Assembly (NCBI RefSeq): GCF_001194135.2 | Contig: NC_068982.1 | Coordinates: 69,910,708-69,969,413, forward strand | Source of the DNA: Octopus bimaculoides | Lineage: Eukaryota | Direction: 5' to 3' | DNA length: 58,706 nt | In this document: positions 38,018 through 52,400 of the stretch, piece after piece | Numbering within the stretch: the stretch's first letter is position 1 | Layout: every line of letters starts with the position of its first letter | Program-made: the position numbers and the translations under genes | The notes under the pieces: generated by a model | Seen by the model: only the letters and a program-made list of their open reading frames with translations | Database searches by the model: none | What the model was told of the DNA's origin: nothing

Positions 38018-41000
38018 TAAATACATAATTATCCACTTCACAGCTGGGATCTTTAGGTTAATATATCTCTACATCTCCTCACATCATTTCTTAGCTTTTA
38101 TTTTCATAATGTTGTTATGGTTGTTTAGTAGGCCTAATGTCAGATCATCAAAGACGTGCATCTCCTGGGTGGCATATGGGAATACCTTGGAAATAAAGGC
38201 TGCTTCAAATAAACCGAATAAGAAACAGTGAATCAAAGACAGTTTTTGCCAACATTCTGTTGGCTAGCAAAAACAGTTATGCCCAAACTGCTTAAATGAT
38301 TCCTTAGCCAAAAATTTTAACTCTTTAGTATTTAAACCAGCCATATCCAGCCAAAATATTCTACCTGTTTTTTGTTTAAAATGGCCAGATCTGGTTTCTC
38401 ACACCTACCCTACAATCTCATTCTAAAAAAAATTAGCAGTTACCTCAGCAAAATCTCAAAGCTACAAGATAATGCTTGATTAATTCAAAACAATGAGAAT
38501 AAATAGGCATTACATTTGTCAGAATAATCTGAATGCTAAAGGGTTAATGGCCATTCTTATTGAATTAGTGGAATTTAACCAAGATCCAACTGCAACCAGT
38601 AAGATCAAGGCAGCTACACAACAGGTCACCAACCAACTGTAGACATCAATATCTACAAGTATTCAAGAATGGAAACTATTATGAAAATTGAAGGACATCA
38701 GGTATCTGGTGAATGTTATGGAGAGAGATAAGGAGAAGGCAATGATTGATTTAATAGATGATTGAATCTTGTAAACAAATCTAATTAAATCAAACATTAA
38801 ATTAAACATACCAAATATATAAATTTTAACACATGTATTATATCAATAATTTAGTTTATTGACACTGGGAAATAAAATGTGAAGTCAACATTGATTGAGT
38901 CAGATAAAATTTAGCTGGGATTTTATTTTTTTGATGTGGCACATATCTTTGTATAAATTTAATCTCTATCTTATCTGAACTAATTTAGTTTTATACTAAT
39001 TTTGCTATGGTTTCCTATGGGCCTGTCCATCACTTTCTGGCTCGAGAACCCTGTTGTTTCCTCTCCCTCTTGTAGCTTCCTTGATGTTTTTGTTGTTGTT
39101 CAGCCCGAGACAGGCCCTAACTGAGCACACCTCTAATCAAAAGTGTCAGGAAAGGGTGCAACATGATCATCATCATCATTTAACGTCCGCTTTCCATGCT
39201 AGCATGGGTTGGACAATTTGACTGGGGACTGGCGAACCAGATGGCTACACCAGACTCCAATCTGATCTGGCAGAGTTTCTACAGCTGGATGCCCTTCCTA
39301 ACGCCAACCACTCCGAGAGTGTAGAAGGTGATCAGGGAGTGATTTGTAAGATATTTCTAATAGTTTGAGCAACAAAATAGAAGCTCCTTCATTGGCTCAT
39401 CCTATTTTAGTATTTTGCCATGGTACTTCCTGTTCAAACTCATATACCATGCTCTGACTAACATCTGCAGATGTCTTCCATTTCAGTTCATTCAGTGCAG
39501 GTTTCATTATCATCATCATCTATTTTATTTATATTCTTTGTCATGACACCTTCCCTTTCATTGAACCAATGAACCTGCATCATCTGTTAAAGCTACATGT
39601 GTAGCCTAAGTAGAGCTTAAGGATAATGTTACATTACCTGTCACTACTCTGAGTTTGGTTGTGTGGTTAAGAAGCTTGCTTCCCAGCCCCATAGTTTTGG
39701 GTTTAGTCTCACTGTACATCACCTTAGACAAATGTCTTCCACTATAGCCCTAGAATAACCAGAGCCTTATGAACGGATTTGGTAAACAGAAACTGAAAGA
39801 AACCCATTGTGTGTGTGTCCTTGTCTTGATATCATGTGATTGTTGTAAATGAATGTGATTCATTTCCAATATTCTGCAAACACGTGTTGCATCACTACAA
39901 TACAGAACACAAGACATTCTCTGTAACAGTTAAACTATTTCAGAGTAACTGTTATCACGGATAGTTCACTTAGACTGTGCGATTGAGTACCAGGACACAG
40001 AAGTATGAGGTATAAATAGGAATGAAAGAGATAAAAATATACTGTACTACTATGATAATCAGACTAGAAATAGTTTAACCCTTTTGTTACCATATTTCTG
40101 TTGAGATGTTCTGTGTTTCTTTCAATTAATTTTAAATATAACAAAGAATCTAGTAAAATAACTTAGTTACCATTAAGCTAGTGTTAGAAACATAAATTGT
40201 GACTAAGGTTTTGTGGAAGATTTTAATTCAGAACTTTTGGAAACAAGACATTTGTAATACAGAGCCAGAGACGATTTCAGCCAGGTCGGTATCAAAAGGG
40301 TTAAAGGTATATTACATAAGCAATTCAAGTGTTACCTGTTCATAGTTCAGTTAATTAAGTTAAATGGGCCATAGATGATGCTATTTAGTTACGTCCTTTT
40401 ATTTATATAATCTTTATTTGCCTTAATGTAACTGCTTAAGTTATTCACTATTCATTCACATAATAAGATCTTTTTTGATAAAATCAGCTTTTTTTGAAAG
40501 AAAATCAAAAATAAAAATAAACCTGATAATAATAGTAGGAGCAGTAGTTGTAGTATTTGTGCCAAAATAATTGTGATATATTAGTCTATTTCTTTCACTG
40601 AGGGAAAACTGTGCATGAATTGCATTTACAAAACGTTATGTACAAGACATAATTTTGAAACACATTTGTGGTAGTGGACCTCTGTTCAATGATGAGAATT
40701 CAGTTGAATTACCTGCTCCTAAATTAAAGTGTAAGCAACTCAGCTTTCTACAGATATATGTTCCCTTACTGTAATTCTCAAGTAGAATCAGTATGACACA
40801 GTGTGTGACAAGGCTGTACCTTTTGAATTACAGGTACAGTCTAACTGATAGGCTTATATATAAATTTCATTCACAAAGTACAGGCTGATTCAAGGCTTTG
40901 GAAAATGACACTTGTCCAAGATGTTACAGAGTGGGATTGAACTCGAGACCCTCTGGTTGCAAAGTGCACAAAATCACGAAGGACTTAAGGCTGTGGAATT

Positions 41001-42746
41001 AGTAGTATTAAACTGTGATGAATCTCTCCATTTGATTGGATCTTATTACATGCAACTTCCCTTTGGTGATCTGGTACCCATTTCTTATAGTTTAAAATAA
41101 AGTGAAACTGAAAATTGTCTTTGCCAGTAGACTAAACAAAATATCTACTGTAGTTAATAAACTTACGAATCATGGATTGAGAGATCCATGAAATCTGTCC
41201 TTTCAACCTTTTCTATAAAATCAAATGAGTTGTATTTGTGTGTGTGTATGCATCTTATATAATTTTGTATGAAGGTAGATACTGGAAGACTTCTTTGAAT
41301 TTGCAGTGTGGGGGTAACAGGCAGATTGTTGTGGGATAATATAGCAGCTACACATCAACTGACAACATAATAAATGATTACCAAAACAGAAGCCTAAGAT
41401 GATTTGAAATGAGGTTGTTATAATTGGTTGTTACTATTATCATAACTAACAATATCTGTAGAACTTCCACAGCCCATTTCATGGTACAGAATCAGCCATA
41501 AACACCTCCCCACTCTCTAATAATATCCTGTCATTTCTTTCATAATCTTTTGATTAATTTCTAGGAGATCTTGTCTTTTCTCTTCAGTTATGCTTTCTCT
41601 TCTTGCCTGTTTTCTTGTTCAGGCCTGTGCAAAGTATTCTTGTCTATCATTCATTGTTCATATTTTGCCTTCTTTCTTGATCAGCATTTCTCATTTTTTC
41701 CCCTCTTTAACTTCATTGTTCATCATATGATACCCCCCCCACACACACACACACATGCTGATGGCATGCATGCGTACCACTCCCCCACTCACGCATACAG
41801 CTGATTATCATCTGTTTCACTGCGTGGGCCAGTGGTGTGCATTTGAATCTCCCTCTATCACATACACACACACACACACACACACTTTTACCATTCTCCT
41901 TCCACATGACAGGTTTTTTTACATCACAAGAATTCGTCATTAGCACATTAATATAACAGATTGTCATCATCATGAGTTTCATACAGCTGTCATAGACACT
42001 TCTTTAAAAAAAATTAACTTCATTAGCCCTTACAACAGCATTCTTTCCTTATGCAGCTTGAAGGATCTAGTTTGCTTACTACCATGAAAAATATCACAAA
42101 GTGGCATTAATTTATAAGCCGAAAAGTCTCATTTAGATAACAAAAATTTGACATAGATTTGAATTTTGTTTATTATTTGTGACACCAACATTTTCAAGTT
42201 CCATGACTTTTGCCTGCTCTATACTTGTTATAAGTATCTTCCAAACATCAGCTATCAGCTCTTTTTTCCCTATCATATGTCATTCATTCATATCATATGA
42301 CCATGCTAGTTAATGTTTTTAGTGCCCAAGTTTGTGTCCAGTTTTTGTTGTAAGTTAACATTCTTTGTCTAACTATATTCAATTTATTCTTCTTCAAAAA
42401 CCATAGAGCTTCTCCCTTCATTCATTAGTCAAGCTATTTCATGCAATGCAGATATTAAGTTTCTGCCCTCCCTTTATCATCATCATCATCGTTTAACATC
42501 CGCTTTCCATGCTAGCATGGGTTGGACGATTTGACTGAGGACTGATGAACCAGATGGCTACACCAGGCTCCAATCTGATTTGGCAGAGTTTCTACAGCTG
42601 GGTGCCCTTCCTAACGCCAACCACTCCAAGAGTGTAGTGGGTGCTTTTACGTGCCACCTGCACAGGAGCCAGTCCAGCGGCACTGGCAACGATCTCGCTT
42701 GAAAGTCTTTACACGTGCCAGGAAGGCGATGCTGGGCACAGGTGCC

Positions 42747-42802
<56 letters not shown>

Positions 42803-44150
42803 AGATGGATATTTATCTGTATTCTCCTTGTTCCAGAAATTCCAGCAGATATATAAATTTGTGACATATTGTTCATATCACATGAGAAAATTAGGTAAAT
42901 GCTTTTGGAAAAAAATGTATTGCTTTTTATTCCAAGGTGGATAAAAGTATAAATAATACCATGTAAAATATTTGGATGGAAAAATATTGAAAACTGCCTG
43001 TGAGACTTGAACTCACCTCTTCTATAAACATTACAAATATAATGACTATTCTACAAATAAGTTTTTTTTCTTTCTAAGACTGTAAAAAGACAGCTTCCAA
43101 CAATGCAGAAAGTTTAATAAAATCTTTATATTTTGGGCTCCAGGGCCCATCTTACATAAACACTGGAGAGTTTGAATGGATTAACTGGACCTACATAACT
43201 GAACTTTTCTTAGAGTTCTTTTCTTCTGAAGATGGAACTTTGAGCCCACAATACAAAGATTTTATTAAATTTTCTGCATTATTAGAAGCTGTCTATTTTC
43301 TCTCTTTTTACATTCTTCAATATTACAATGCTTCAAGCAAACTACAACACTTATTTTTTTCCTAAATTTGTGCACATACGCACTCACATTACATATATTT
43401 ATCAGCATAATTGTTTCATTAAATGTTTCAACTTGGAATGTTTAGTGATAATACTTTAGACTGAAAATTTTTTAAACTAGCATCATTTTCTTTCAGCAAA
43501 CAGCAAATTTATAAGTTTTTTTCCCCCTTCTTTACTATTTTTGTATGTATTTACTTTCTACTTCATGAGGTAACAGCCTAGATTAATTCAGTTGGTATCT
43601 TATAATAAATCTTTTAAGCTTGGATTAATTTGTACTTAGTGGACTAAGTGATATGCTGCAATTATTTTGATGTATTTTTTTTTTTACATTCGAGTATGTT
43701 TATATGCAAGAACGAGATTGAAAAATAAAGCACAAAAAACAAGAATGTTCATTCTCATTTTATTAGGCTTTTGGTTAAATTATACTTAGATTACATCATA
43801 AATATACCATAAAAATATAACTGCCACACTGCTAGATGAAAGATGTTTGTTTTGTTTTTTGTTTACTTTAGTAGTGAACAGATTAACAGAGTAGCTATAC
43901 TAAGTTATTTTGTATTTTCATCTCACTAATAAGCTTTCAGTGAAGGATTGAAATTAGTTTGTTAACCCTGTTCACTGAAAATGTTTGGCCTTGAACAGCA
44001 GTACTGGCAAAATATGATAAATAATAACAAACCTGTGTTGATTATTTTGGTTGAATAACCTAGAGCACAAGGTCATTCAACAAGGTACTGAACAACTAGC
44101 TAAGAGTTTAGCAATTTATCCTATCACTGGTATTGTATTATGTCCCTGGC

Positions 44151-44350
44151 CAGTACTGTCTTATGCATGGGCATGCTGGATTGTTGCCCAGGGGCTTTAC
44201 GGGTCTAGGGGCCCAATTCTGATCTATGTATGCTGTGGTTTGTTGTCAATAAATAAATACTATAGGATCCAGTGCAGTGTTTTGCCTGGGGTTTCAAGGG
44301 TCTGGGAGTCTAATTCTGATCTATGTATGCTGTAACTTGTCTTTAAATTA
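44151..44350. repeat. Probable MITE remnant with a 52-bp direct duplication
   Basis: 44184-44236 and 44282-44333 share ttgcc..gggtct..aattctgatctatgtatgctgt. Confidence 0.45.
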
Positions 44351-44430
44351 ATACCATCAGGCTCAGTGCATTGTCCATGGCCACTACCAACAGGCATTCA
44401 CATAGTTTCCATTTACCAAATTGCAATTTA

Positions 44431-45290
44431 CAATCACGTTCGAATAGTGTTTTTTACGTGCTACCAGTACAGGAGCCAGGCAAGGGGCACTGGCATTGGC
44501 CATGTTTGGATGGTACTTTTTACATGCTACCAGCATGGTGGCCAATCAGGCGGTCTTGGCATCGATCACATTTAGATAGTGCTTTTTACATGCCACTGGC
44601 ACGGGAGCCAGTTAGGGATTACTGGCATTGGCCACATTCGGGTAGTGCTTTTTACATGCCATTGGCACAGGAGCCAGTCAGGCGGACCTGGCATCAACCA
44701 TGTTCACATGGTGTGTTCTGCATGCCACTAGCACAGGGAGCCAGGCAGAGGACACTGGTATCGACCATGTTCGGATGATGCCTTTTACATGCCACCGGAA
44801 TGGGGGCCAGTCAGGGGGTACTGGCCACAGCTGTGATTTTGGTTTTGCTTGACTCAACAGGTCTTCTCAAGCATATCATATCGCCCAATGCATCAAGGGT
44901 ACTGTTAAATGAGCCAGACATGCAACACTGGCATCGGCCATGCTGCGATCTTACTTTAGTTGCCTGGTCTTCTCAATCGCAACATATTTCCAAAGGTCTC
45001 CGTCTCCTGTCATTGCCTCTGTGAGGCCTAATGTTCGATGGTCATGCTTCACCATCTCATTCCATGTCTTCCTGGGTCTACCTCTTTCACAAGTTCCTTC
45101 CACAGTCAGGGAATAGCACCTCCTCACACAGTTATCCTCATCCTTACATAGCCATACCAGTGCAGTCGTTTCTCTTGCACACCACATTTGATGTTTCTTA
45201 TGTCCAACTTTTCTCTCAGGGTGTTTACACTGTGTCATCTATGCACACTGACATTACACATCCAGTGGATCATACTAGCTTCATTTCTTT
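44431..45290 (-). mobile_element. RTE LINE 3' fragment (RT C-terminus plus 3'UTR)
   Basis: VEGTCERGRPRKTWNEMVKHDHRTLGLTEAMTGDGDLW, followed on the minus strand by the 3'UTR. Confidence 0.88.
44447..44825. repeat. 66-bp minisatellite (about 5.7 units) in the RTE 3'UTR
   Basis: Unit starts at 44447, 44513, 44579, 44645, 44711 and 44778; consensus gtgctttttacatgccac..ggcacgggagccagtcagg..actggcatcggccac.ttcggat. Confidence 0.92.
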
Positions 45291-48200
45291 AAATATATAT
45301 ATAGGGTGTCCATAAATTGCAGATATCACTAAATATATCCTCAATGGTTATATATTTTTTGATAACATAATAGGTTAGATAGGTTAATGTCTATATTACA
45401 ATATTACAATAACTAATAATTTGTTGTGCATGTATAGTAATATTACAATCATGAAATTAGCATTATTTTATCTTGCTCTTTCTCACAGAACCCTGATTGA
45501 GGAACGCTGCTCTAATGACTGCCAATTTGTCTCTCACAGTTTATCTGTTAATGACAGTATGCAGTTCATTCAATAATAAATTAGATAGAGTGGAGCCATG
45601 GAGAATTTTACCAGGGATAGTATATGTTCTTTTGACCCTTTAATCAATAGACAAAAGGTTAGTTCTACTGATGTGTAGACATTTGAAATAACCGTTGACA
45701 ACAAATGCTCTTGTCAAGTGAAAATGATGTTTGTACTACATAAAATGAATATCTAATATATTTCACAGCTCTTGTATTATGTTGTACATACATAGGCAAA
45801 AATCAGAAAAGCATAAATTTATAGTTCATACTTTGATCACGCTCACCAGCTATTTCATTAGGATAAACATTAATTCCATACTTACTTAATTGTAATACAT
45901 AATTAATTTAAATAAGTTAAAAAGTCCTGTTTACCTAAATCATAAGGAGTATTATGTGTTACTTCAATCAGGAAACAAACCCTAGTTGGTTTAAATACAG
46001 TAGAACAAGAGAGAAATACATGCAAACACACACATACATCTGTATATGTATGTATACATACACATATGTACACTCTCTCTCACACATGCATATGCTCACA
46101 CACACATATACATATCATCATTTAATGTCCCTTTTTCCATGTTGCCATGGTTCAACAGGGACCAATGAGTCAGAGGGCTGTGCTGAACTCTAATACCTGC
46201 CTTGGTATGCCTTCTTCAGCTGAATACGCTGTGTAATATCAACCACCTTACATAGTGTACCAGGTGCATTTTTTTTTTTTTGTGGCACCTGCACAGGTGT
46301 TGTCACCAAGAACTCAGAAGACAAGTCCCCTGATCTTAGTGGTGTATAGTATTAGTATTGAAGGATGTGAAAGTATGATAGAGGGACAGGTGCAGGTAAG
46401 TGTCATGCTGAAGAGATGATTACATAGCTTCCCTATCTAGAAAGAGAGAGAAGAGTAAGAGATGAGAGGTCAAAGGACGGGGTGAATATGAGAGAGAGAA
46501 GCCTGAGTTTCTCTCTCTATTAATTACAAAATGTTTCATGTGAAGGCTTTATATTTCTAGCTCAGATTTATCAGTGATGACCTGGTGGAGAGAACAACAT
46601 TGTATCTTGCTCAACTTAGGTGCAAAACAAGTAGATTCAATTACTTTTACAATGTCCCAATGCATGAGTCAACAAAAGTTTAGTATGTCATTATAGCAAG
46701 TGTAAATTATATTGCAAACTATCTCTAGAATTTTATTTATATTACTTTCACTTGGCATTTCTTCCTCTTTTTCATGTTGGAACATGCTGACTTCAGGATG
46801 CTTTTTTTATCCTTTACAAATTCCAAGTTGGATCAGCTGGCTATGAAAGGGGGAAAAAATTAATCATGATGATATAGCTTTGGAAAGCATATGAAGTGTG
46901 AGTGGCTTCAGGTGTTTATGTTTCTTTGTAACAGTTAGCAAGAGGCCAGAGCCAAGATTCTGCTGCCAAATTAGATTTATTGAAGACAGACGTGGCTATG
47001 TGGTTAAGAAGTTTGCATTCCAACTGCATGGTTTCAGATTCAGTCCCACTGCATGGTACTGTGGGCAAGTGTCTTCTTTTATAGGCCCAGGCCAACCAAA
47101 GTCTTATGAGAGAATTTGATAGACAGAGAAAGAAGCCTGTTGTGTGTGTGTGTGTGTGCGTGCGTACATATGTATATACATATATATGTGCATGTATGTG
47201 TGTATATATGTGTTTGTTACTATCTCCTTGCCACGACTTTGTATGATAGTTGTAAACAAGTGCCACCATCATGCAAGAGGTCTCCCTTATTTCCAATCTT
47301 TTGTAAAAAACATGTCTGGTCATATTACTTTACTTGGCTACAGTTGAGGGTTAGCATCAGGAAGTGCATCCAGCTGTAGGAAATCTACCTCAACAAATTC
47401 CATCTGAATTGTGTGAGTATGGGAAGTAGACATTAAGACAATGATGATCGTAGTCATCATTATGATCATGAAAGATTTCTTTCTTTCTTTTTTTTTTTTT
47501 GAGCAATTGGTTTTTAATCATCATCATCATCATCATAATTATTATAAGTTTGTGGCATGTGAGTTATTTTTTGGTAATCTTCCAACTCAGTTTTACAAAT
47601 TATTATTCATGTTTTTTAAACAGTTCCCAGATTTCTAAATGAATGTCAAGTTTATATTATTAGATCTCTCGATAATATCTTTAAGAAGACAATGCAGGTT
47701 GTCAAGGGAATGAAATGCTAGAATGTATGCTAGATTAAAAAGAATAANNNNNNNNNNNNNNNNNNNNNNNNNNNNNNNNNNNNNNNNNNNNNNNNNNNNN
47801 NNNNNNNNNNNNNNNNNNNNNNNNNNNNNNNNNNNNNNNNNNNNNNNNNNNNNNNNNNNNNNNNNNNNNNNNNNNNNNNNNNNNNNNNNNNNNNNNNNNN
47901 NNNNNNNNNNNNNNNNNNNNNNNNNNNNNNNNNNNNNNNNNNNNNNNNNNNNNNNNNNNNNNNNNNNNNNNNNNNNNNNNNNNNNNNNNNNNNNNNNNNN
48001 NNNNNNNNNNNNNNNNNNNNNNNNNNNNNNNNNNNNNNNNNNNNNNNNNNNNNNNNNNNNNNNNNNNNNNNNNNNNNNNNNNNNNNNNNNNNNNNNNNNN
48101 NNNNNNNNNNNNNNNNNNNNNNNNNNNNNNNNNNNNNNNNNNNNNNNNNNNNNNNNNTTATACATTCAAGCAGTCCAGAATATTTTCTACTTGTAAATAT

Positions 48201-48427
48201 CTCAACTAGTTAGGTCTGATTCAGATTAATTAAATTCTTTGTTAATGAGGCATTCTGTTCAGTAGACATTAGCAGGTCAGTGATGTAGAGGAGGAGAATA
48301 TACTTTTGCTGATATCAACAGTATGATATACCGTTTCGTGTGAAGGACTCATCATTTTTCTATTTATTGTTTGGCCACGTTCGTCCTATTAATGACAGGT
48401 AGTTAATTAAGATATATACAGTAATAT

Positions 48428-48875
48428 GGGTTTCAAATTTTGGCACAAGGCCAGCAAATCCAGGGAAGGGGGTAAGTCTATTATATCGACCCCAGTGCTC
48501 AACTGGTACTTAATTTATTGACCCCAAAAGGATGAAAGGCAAAGTTCAACCTAGATGGAATTTGAACTCAGAATATAAGGATGGATAAAATGCTGCTAAG
48601 CATTTTGCCCAGCATGCTAACAGTTCTGCCAACTCACCACTATGATATATACAGTAATATTCTTTTTTACTCTAGGCACAAAGCCCCAAATTTTAAGGGA
48701 GTAGGGGCAGTCGATTAGATTGACCCCAGTACACAACTGGTACTCAATTTATTGACCCTAAAAGGATAAAAGGCAAAGCCGACCTCGGCAGAATTCGAAC
48801 TCAGAACATAAAGACAAATGAAATACCGCTAAACATTTCACCCAGTGTGCTAACGTTTCTGCTAGCTCGCCGCCT
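48428..48875 (-). mobile_element. Two tandem SINE family C copies separated and flanked by the same target duplication
   Basis: (ga)tatatacagtaatat at 48411-48427, 48644-48660 and 48876-48890. Confidence 0.9.
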
Positions 48876-49149
48876 TATATACAGTAATATTGAAATGAGA
48901 ACATATTAGTTTTCATTTGAATATGACTGAATAATACTAATATGTTCTTAGGTAAATTGGTTTAAGTTAATGTTTTGTTGGAAAGATATGGCCAAGTAGT
49001 AAGTTCCAAGAAGTGATTCTATGAAAGACAGTATGGAGAAAGTATAGTTCTTAGAAGAGAATGGCCTTTCCTCCTCCACTGTTCATCCATCCATCCATCT
49101 TCATAGCCCACTCTTGCTGTGTGGGTCATGGGGCGGAGTCATACAGAAA

Positions 49150-49821
49150 GTTTAGTAATACTTAAGCTCAAATCACCCAGATGATTCAGCAGGCCTTTGG
49201 TGATGATATCATGGGCAAAACTCAGATCAAGGAGTAGTACAACCACTTCAAACATGTCCGCACCTCAGTATAGAGCAAGACATGCACAGGCTGGCAGGCC
49301 GCAAACTAAGATGAGGTACCTATTGAGAACGTTCAGCAAATAGTCATTGAAAGCCATTGTATAACAATCCAAGAAATTGCTCACGCAATGGGAATTAGCA
49401 CAGGATCAGTGCATTCCATTTTAACAGAGGATTTGTGCATGCGGTGAGTGTTGGTGAAATTTCTCGAGATGCTGGTAGAGCAGCAGAAGCAGCCTCACAT
49501 AGAAATCACTCAGGACATGTTGGACTGAACAAACCACAGCCCAGACTTCATGAAGACCATCATCACTGAGGATGAGATATGGGTTTATAGACTCTTTTCA
49601 ATGCATTCAGTCATTTTGCATGAAAACAAAAATCTGCCAAGTGCACATTATACACCTGTACTCTAGGTGTAACAGCCAGGAACTGACATGGCCTACTGGC
49701 TCAAGAAATTTCACCAATGTGCAGGAAGGGTGGCAGCACCTCTTACCCAAAGGATTTTGCCCACATGGCATTAGTTTTGGCAGGAAGAAAATAGTTGGAT
49801 ACATTTTGAACACACCTCATA
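49150..49821 (+). mobile_element. Second copy of the long-TIR mariner derivative
   Basis: Transposase N-terminus up to FMKTIITEDEIWVY, then an inverted copy of the element 5' end terminating in ggatacattttgaacacacctcata. Confidence 0.75.
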
Positions 49822-49852
49822 AATACATGCATAATGTGTGTACATGTGTACC

Positions 49853-49897
<45 letters not shown>

Positions 49898-50912
49898 ACA
49901 TGCACCCACATGTAACCACATTGTGGTTGCTTCATCTTGTTAGATGATGGCCATTTTAACATTCAATAATTCAGTCCAGTTATTCCATAACATATGGCTA
50001 TTTGCTCTGAGATGACTGTTAAAACTTGCTGATGATTTTTAAAGTTTAGATCAAATATAGAACTCAGCCTATCTATAGGAATGATTGTGTGCTTCTGTCA
50101 GATATATGTCTTCACAATCCAGGTTTGAATTTGCACACTGCACAGGTATATTTTATAAATGTGGAGGTAAGAAGTTGGTATCCAAAAAATAATCATGTAA
50201 TTTTATTCCCCCAAGTGTAAATCCTGCACAAACAACACATGGACATTCCCCTAGTACTGACTTACCTTTAACAATGCAGTTTTGACACCATGTGCAACAA
50301 CAACCCATGCATACATATATACACTAATACATGTTTATATATATGTCTACCCACTTGAAGTCGCCTAAATTCCAATGAAAGAGCCTTGTTTCTGTGTTAA
50401 TAACTGGTGGAATGGAGTTTCTCCACTGGTGAAAAATAGGCAAAAAAAAAAAAACTATAAACACACACACATTCTAAATTTTCTTTCATTACAACTTCAC
50501 TTTGTTAAGAGTGTATATGTGTATACTATAACATTTAAACTAGAGTATTGCAAGAATGTCATATTTAAGACACCAACCTGTAAGACAAAGTTGAACCTGT
50601 GATAAAATTAAAATAAACATTTAAATGTTCTAAATAAAACTTGAGACTAGTAGTATCAAAGTTTAAGATATTTATAACTTGGAGATACATTATTGTAACT
50701 GTTGAAAGATACTGGTCTGTGTTAGAGAAACTGTACCCTATATTTTTGCTACATTGATTGTGTAAAAATCTTTTTGTTTTTTTATGTAACATCTAATGTA
50801 ACAGATGCAAAATTGGTTATTAGATCATCAAATAGAATACCTCATAATGTTTGTTGCTGATATCTGTGCTTATGAGTTCTAATCTCAGAGGTTAACTTTG
50901 TCATTCATCTTT

Positions 50913-51325
50913 TTACTAACTTACTTAAGCTGTTTCGCTCCCTGAGGAGTATAAACCATCAACAACTTACTTTCATTCTTCTTGACCCTGGGCTGTCTCT
51001 TCTACTTCTCTCCAGTCAAACTCCTGCTTTTTCAACTTTGCTTTTGGGATTTTGCCTCACTACATCTTAAATTTTCCCTGAGAAAAGGCCTTCCTCTTTC
51101 AAGTCTTGTTGGTTTTGGATTGTCATTGATACTTTGTTTTTTTTCTAGGTAGTGGTGGTGGTGGTGGTGGTGGTTTGCCCTATGCAAACCCATTTTTACT
51201 TTTGAGAAGTGGTGATCCATTTTACTGGCCTCCATCCTTTGCTCTGTCATGTATGGGAGGTTCCACAAAGAGCTTGCACTCCACTGACATAGTCCTCAGG
51301 GTCATTGAGGCACACAAACCATCAC
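50913..51325 (-). mobile_element. Bipartite (5'UTR plus 3' end only) RTE derivative
   Basis: Minus: Rex3/Expander-like 5'UTR ggtttgtgtgcctcaatgaccctgaggactatgtc.., then ERGRP..DWREVEETAQ..VVDGLYSSGSETA* and a taagtaagttagtaa tail. Confidence 0.55.
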
Positions 51326-52079
51326 ATCACAACAAAACTAAACCTTGGGGTTTCAACCTTTTGAGGTTGATGAAAAAGTACCAATCCATGGTGGTGGATT
51401 GGTGGAACAGCAAGAATACTGCAGTAATTGTTTCAGCTGTTTTGCATTCTGAGCTCAAACCCAACCAACCATGGCCTACTTGGGTGGTAAGCTTAAACTG
51501 CTACTCAGCTTAACATTATTATATGGCATTTTGGATACCTTTAGTAGGAAAGTCCAACCTGTTGTGAGCATTCAGGTCAACTCTGTAGTTTGAGGATACT
51601 TTCCTCCTTCCCACCTATCAGTCTTGGAGACTCTGTGAAAGAAGAGTCATAGGCATTTTATTTTCTCTTTCCTTCTGAATGAAAGAAGAAAAATAAAGAA
51701 GCTAACATTTAAGTAGAGGTGCGATTGGATGTAGGTTAGGGTTATATGGAGATTAATATTATGGCTAGGTTTGTATAATTTGTAAAGGTGCATGGCTCAG
51801 TGGTTAGAGTCTTGGGCTCACAATCATGACGTAGTGAGTTCAATTCCCTGACCAGACTGTCTTGAGCAAGATACTTTATTTCACATTGCTCTAGTTGTCT
51901 CAGCTACAGAAATGGGTTGCAACATCACTGGTGCCTAGCTGTATCAGCCTTTGCTCTTCCCTTGGATAACATTGGTGGTGTGGAGAGGGGCGGCTGGTAT
52001 GCATGGGTGACTGCTGGTCTTGAAGGGAACTTTCTAGGTGCAATCCTGGCAGTCAAAGTACTGTAGCCAGATTGGTCAG

Positions 52080-52400
52080 CAGACAACTGTTGCCCCAACA
52101 ACTGTAATATATATGCATTTGAACAGTTTTTGTAGTGTGAGATTTTTCCAAGGATAGGGTGTTAGCCTGAAGCCCAGCCACTTGCATTTAGGAAGGAGTT
52201 TGTATATGGAACTGTCTATGACTGTTATCCAAGATCCACAAAGTATAGTGTGGATCACCTTTAGTTGTGGACACCTGGTTATTGGTTTCTTTGAGACTCC
52301 TCTGTTCTGGTCATTGACCATTGCTGTAGCTCCTCCACCTGCTTAGTGGTGTGGTGTCACCCCCCCCCATGTGCTTTACTCCACCAAATGAAGCAATATA
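52080..52400 (-). mobile_element. Possible RTE 5'UTR remnant
   Basis: Minus ggctgggcttcaggctaacaccctatccttggaaaaa resembles the recalled RTE leader ggttgggcgtggggctaacaaccc..cgtaaaaa; no coding support. Confidence 0.3.

Noticed and set aside
43141-43460. Stop-free frame of about 100 codons after a cag
   Set aside because: No recognisable homology, poor polypyrimidine tract and no TOM1 exon 3 motif; expected by chance in AT-rich DNA.
44371-44778. Repeat protein or CRISPR-like array
   Set aside because: The 66-bp units are degenerate along their whole length with no unique spacers, and they belong to the RTE 3'UTR.
45298-45495. Possible Tc1/mariner MITE starting tatagggtgtcc
   Set aside because: No convincing matching right TIR.
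48277-48355. C/D snoRNA-like spacing (ATGATGA..CTGA, 79 nt) on the minus strand
   Set aside because: Antisense to the host gene, no terminal stem, no recognisable rRNA guide, and (CAT)n motifs are ubiquitous here.
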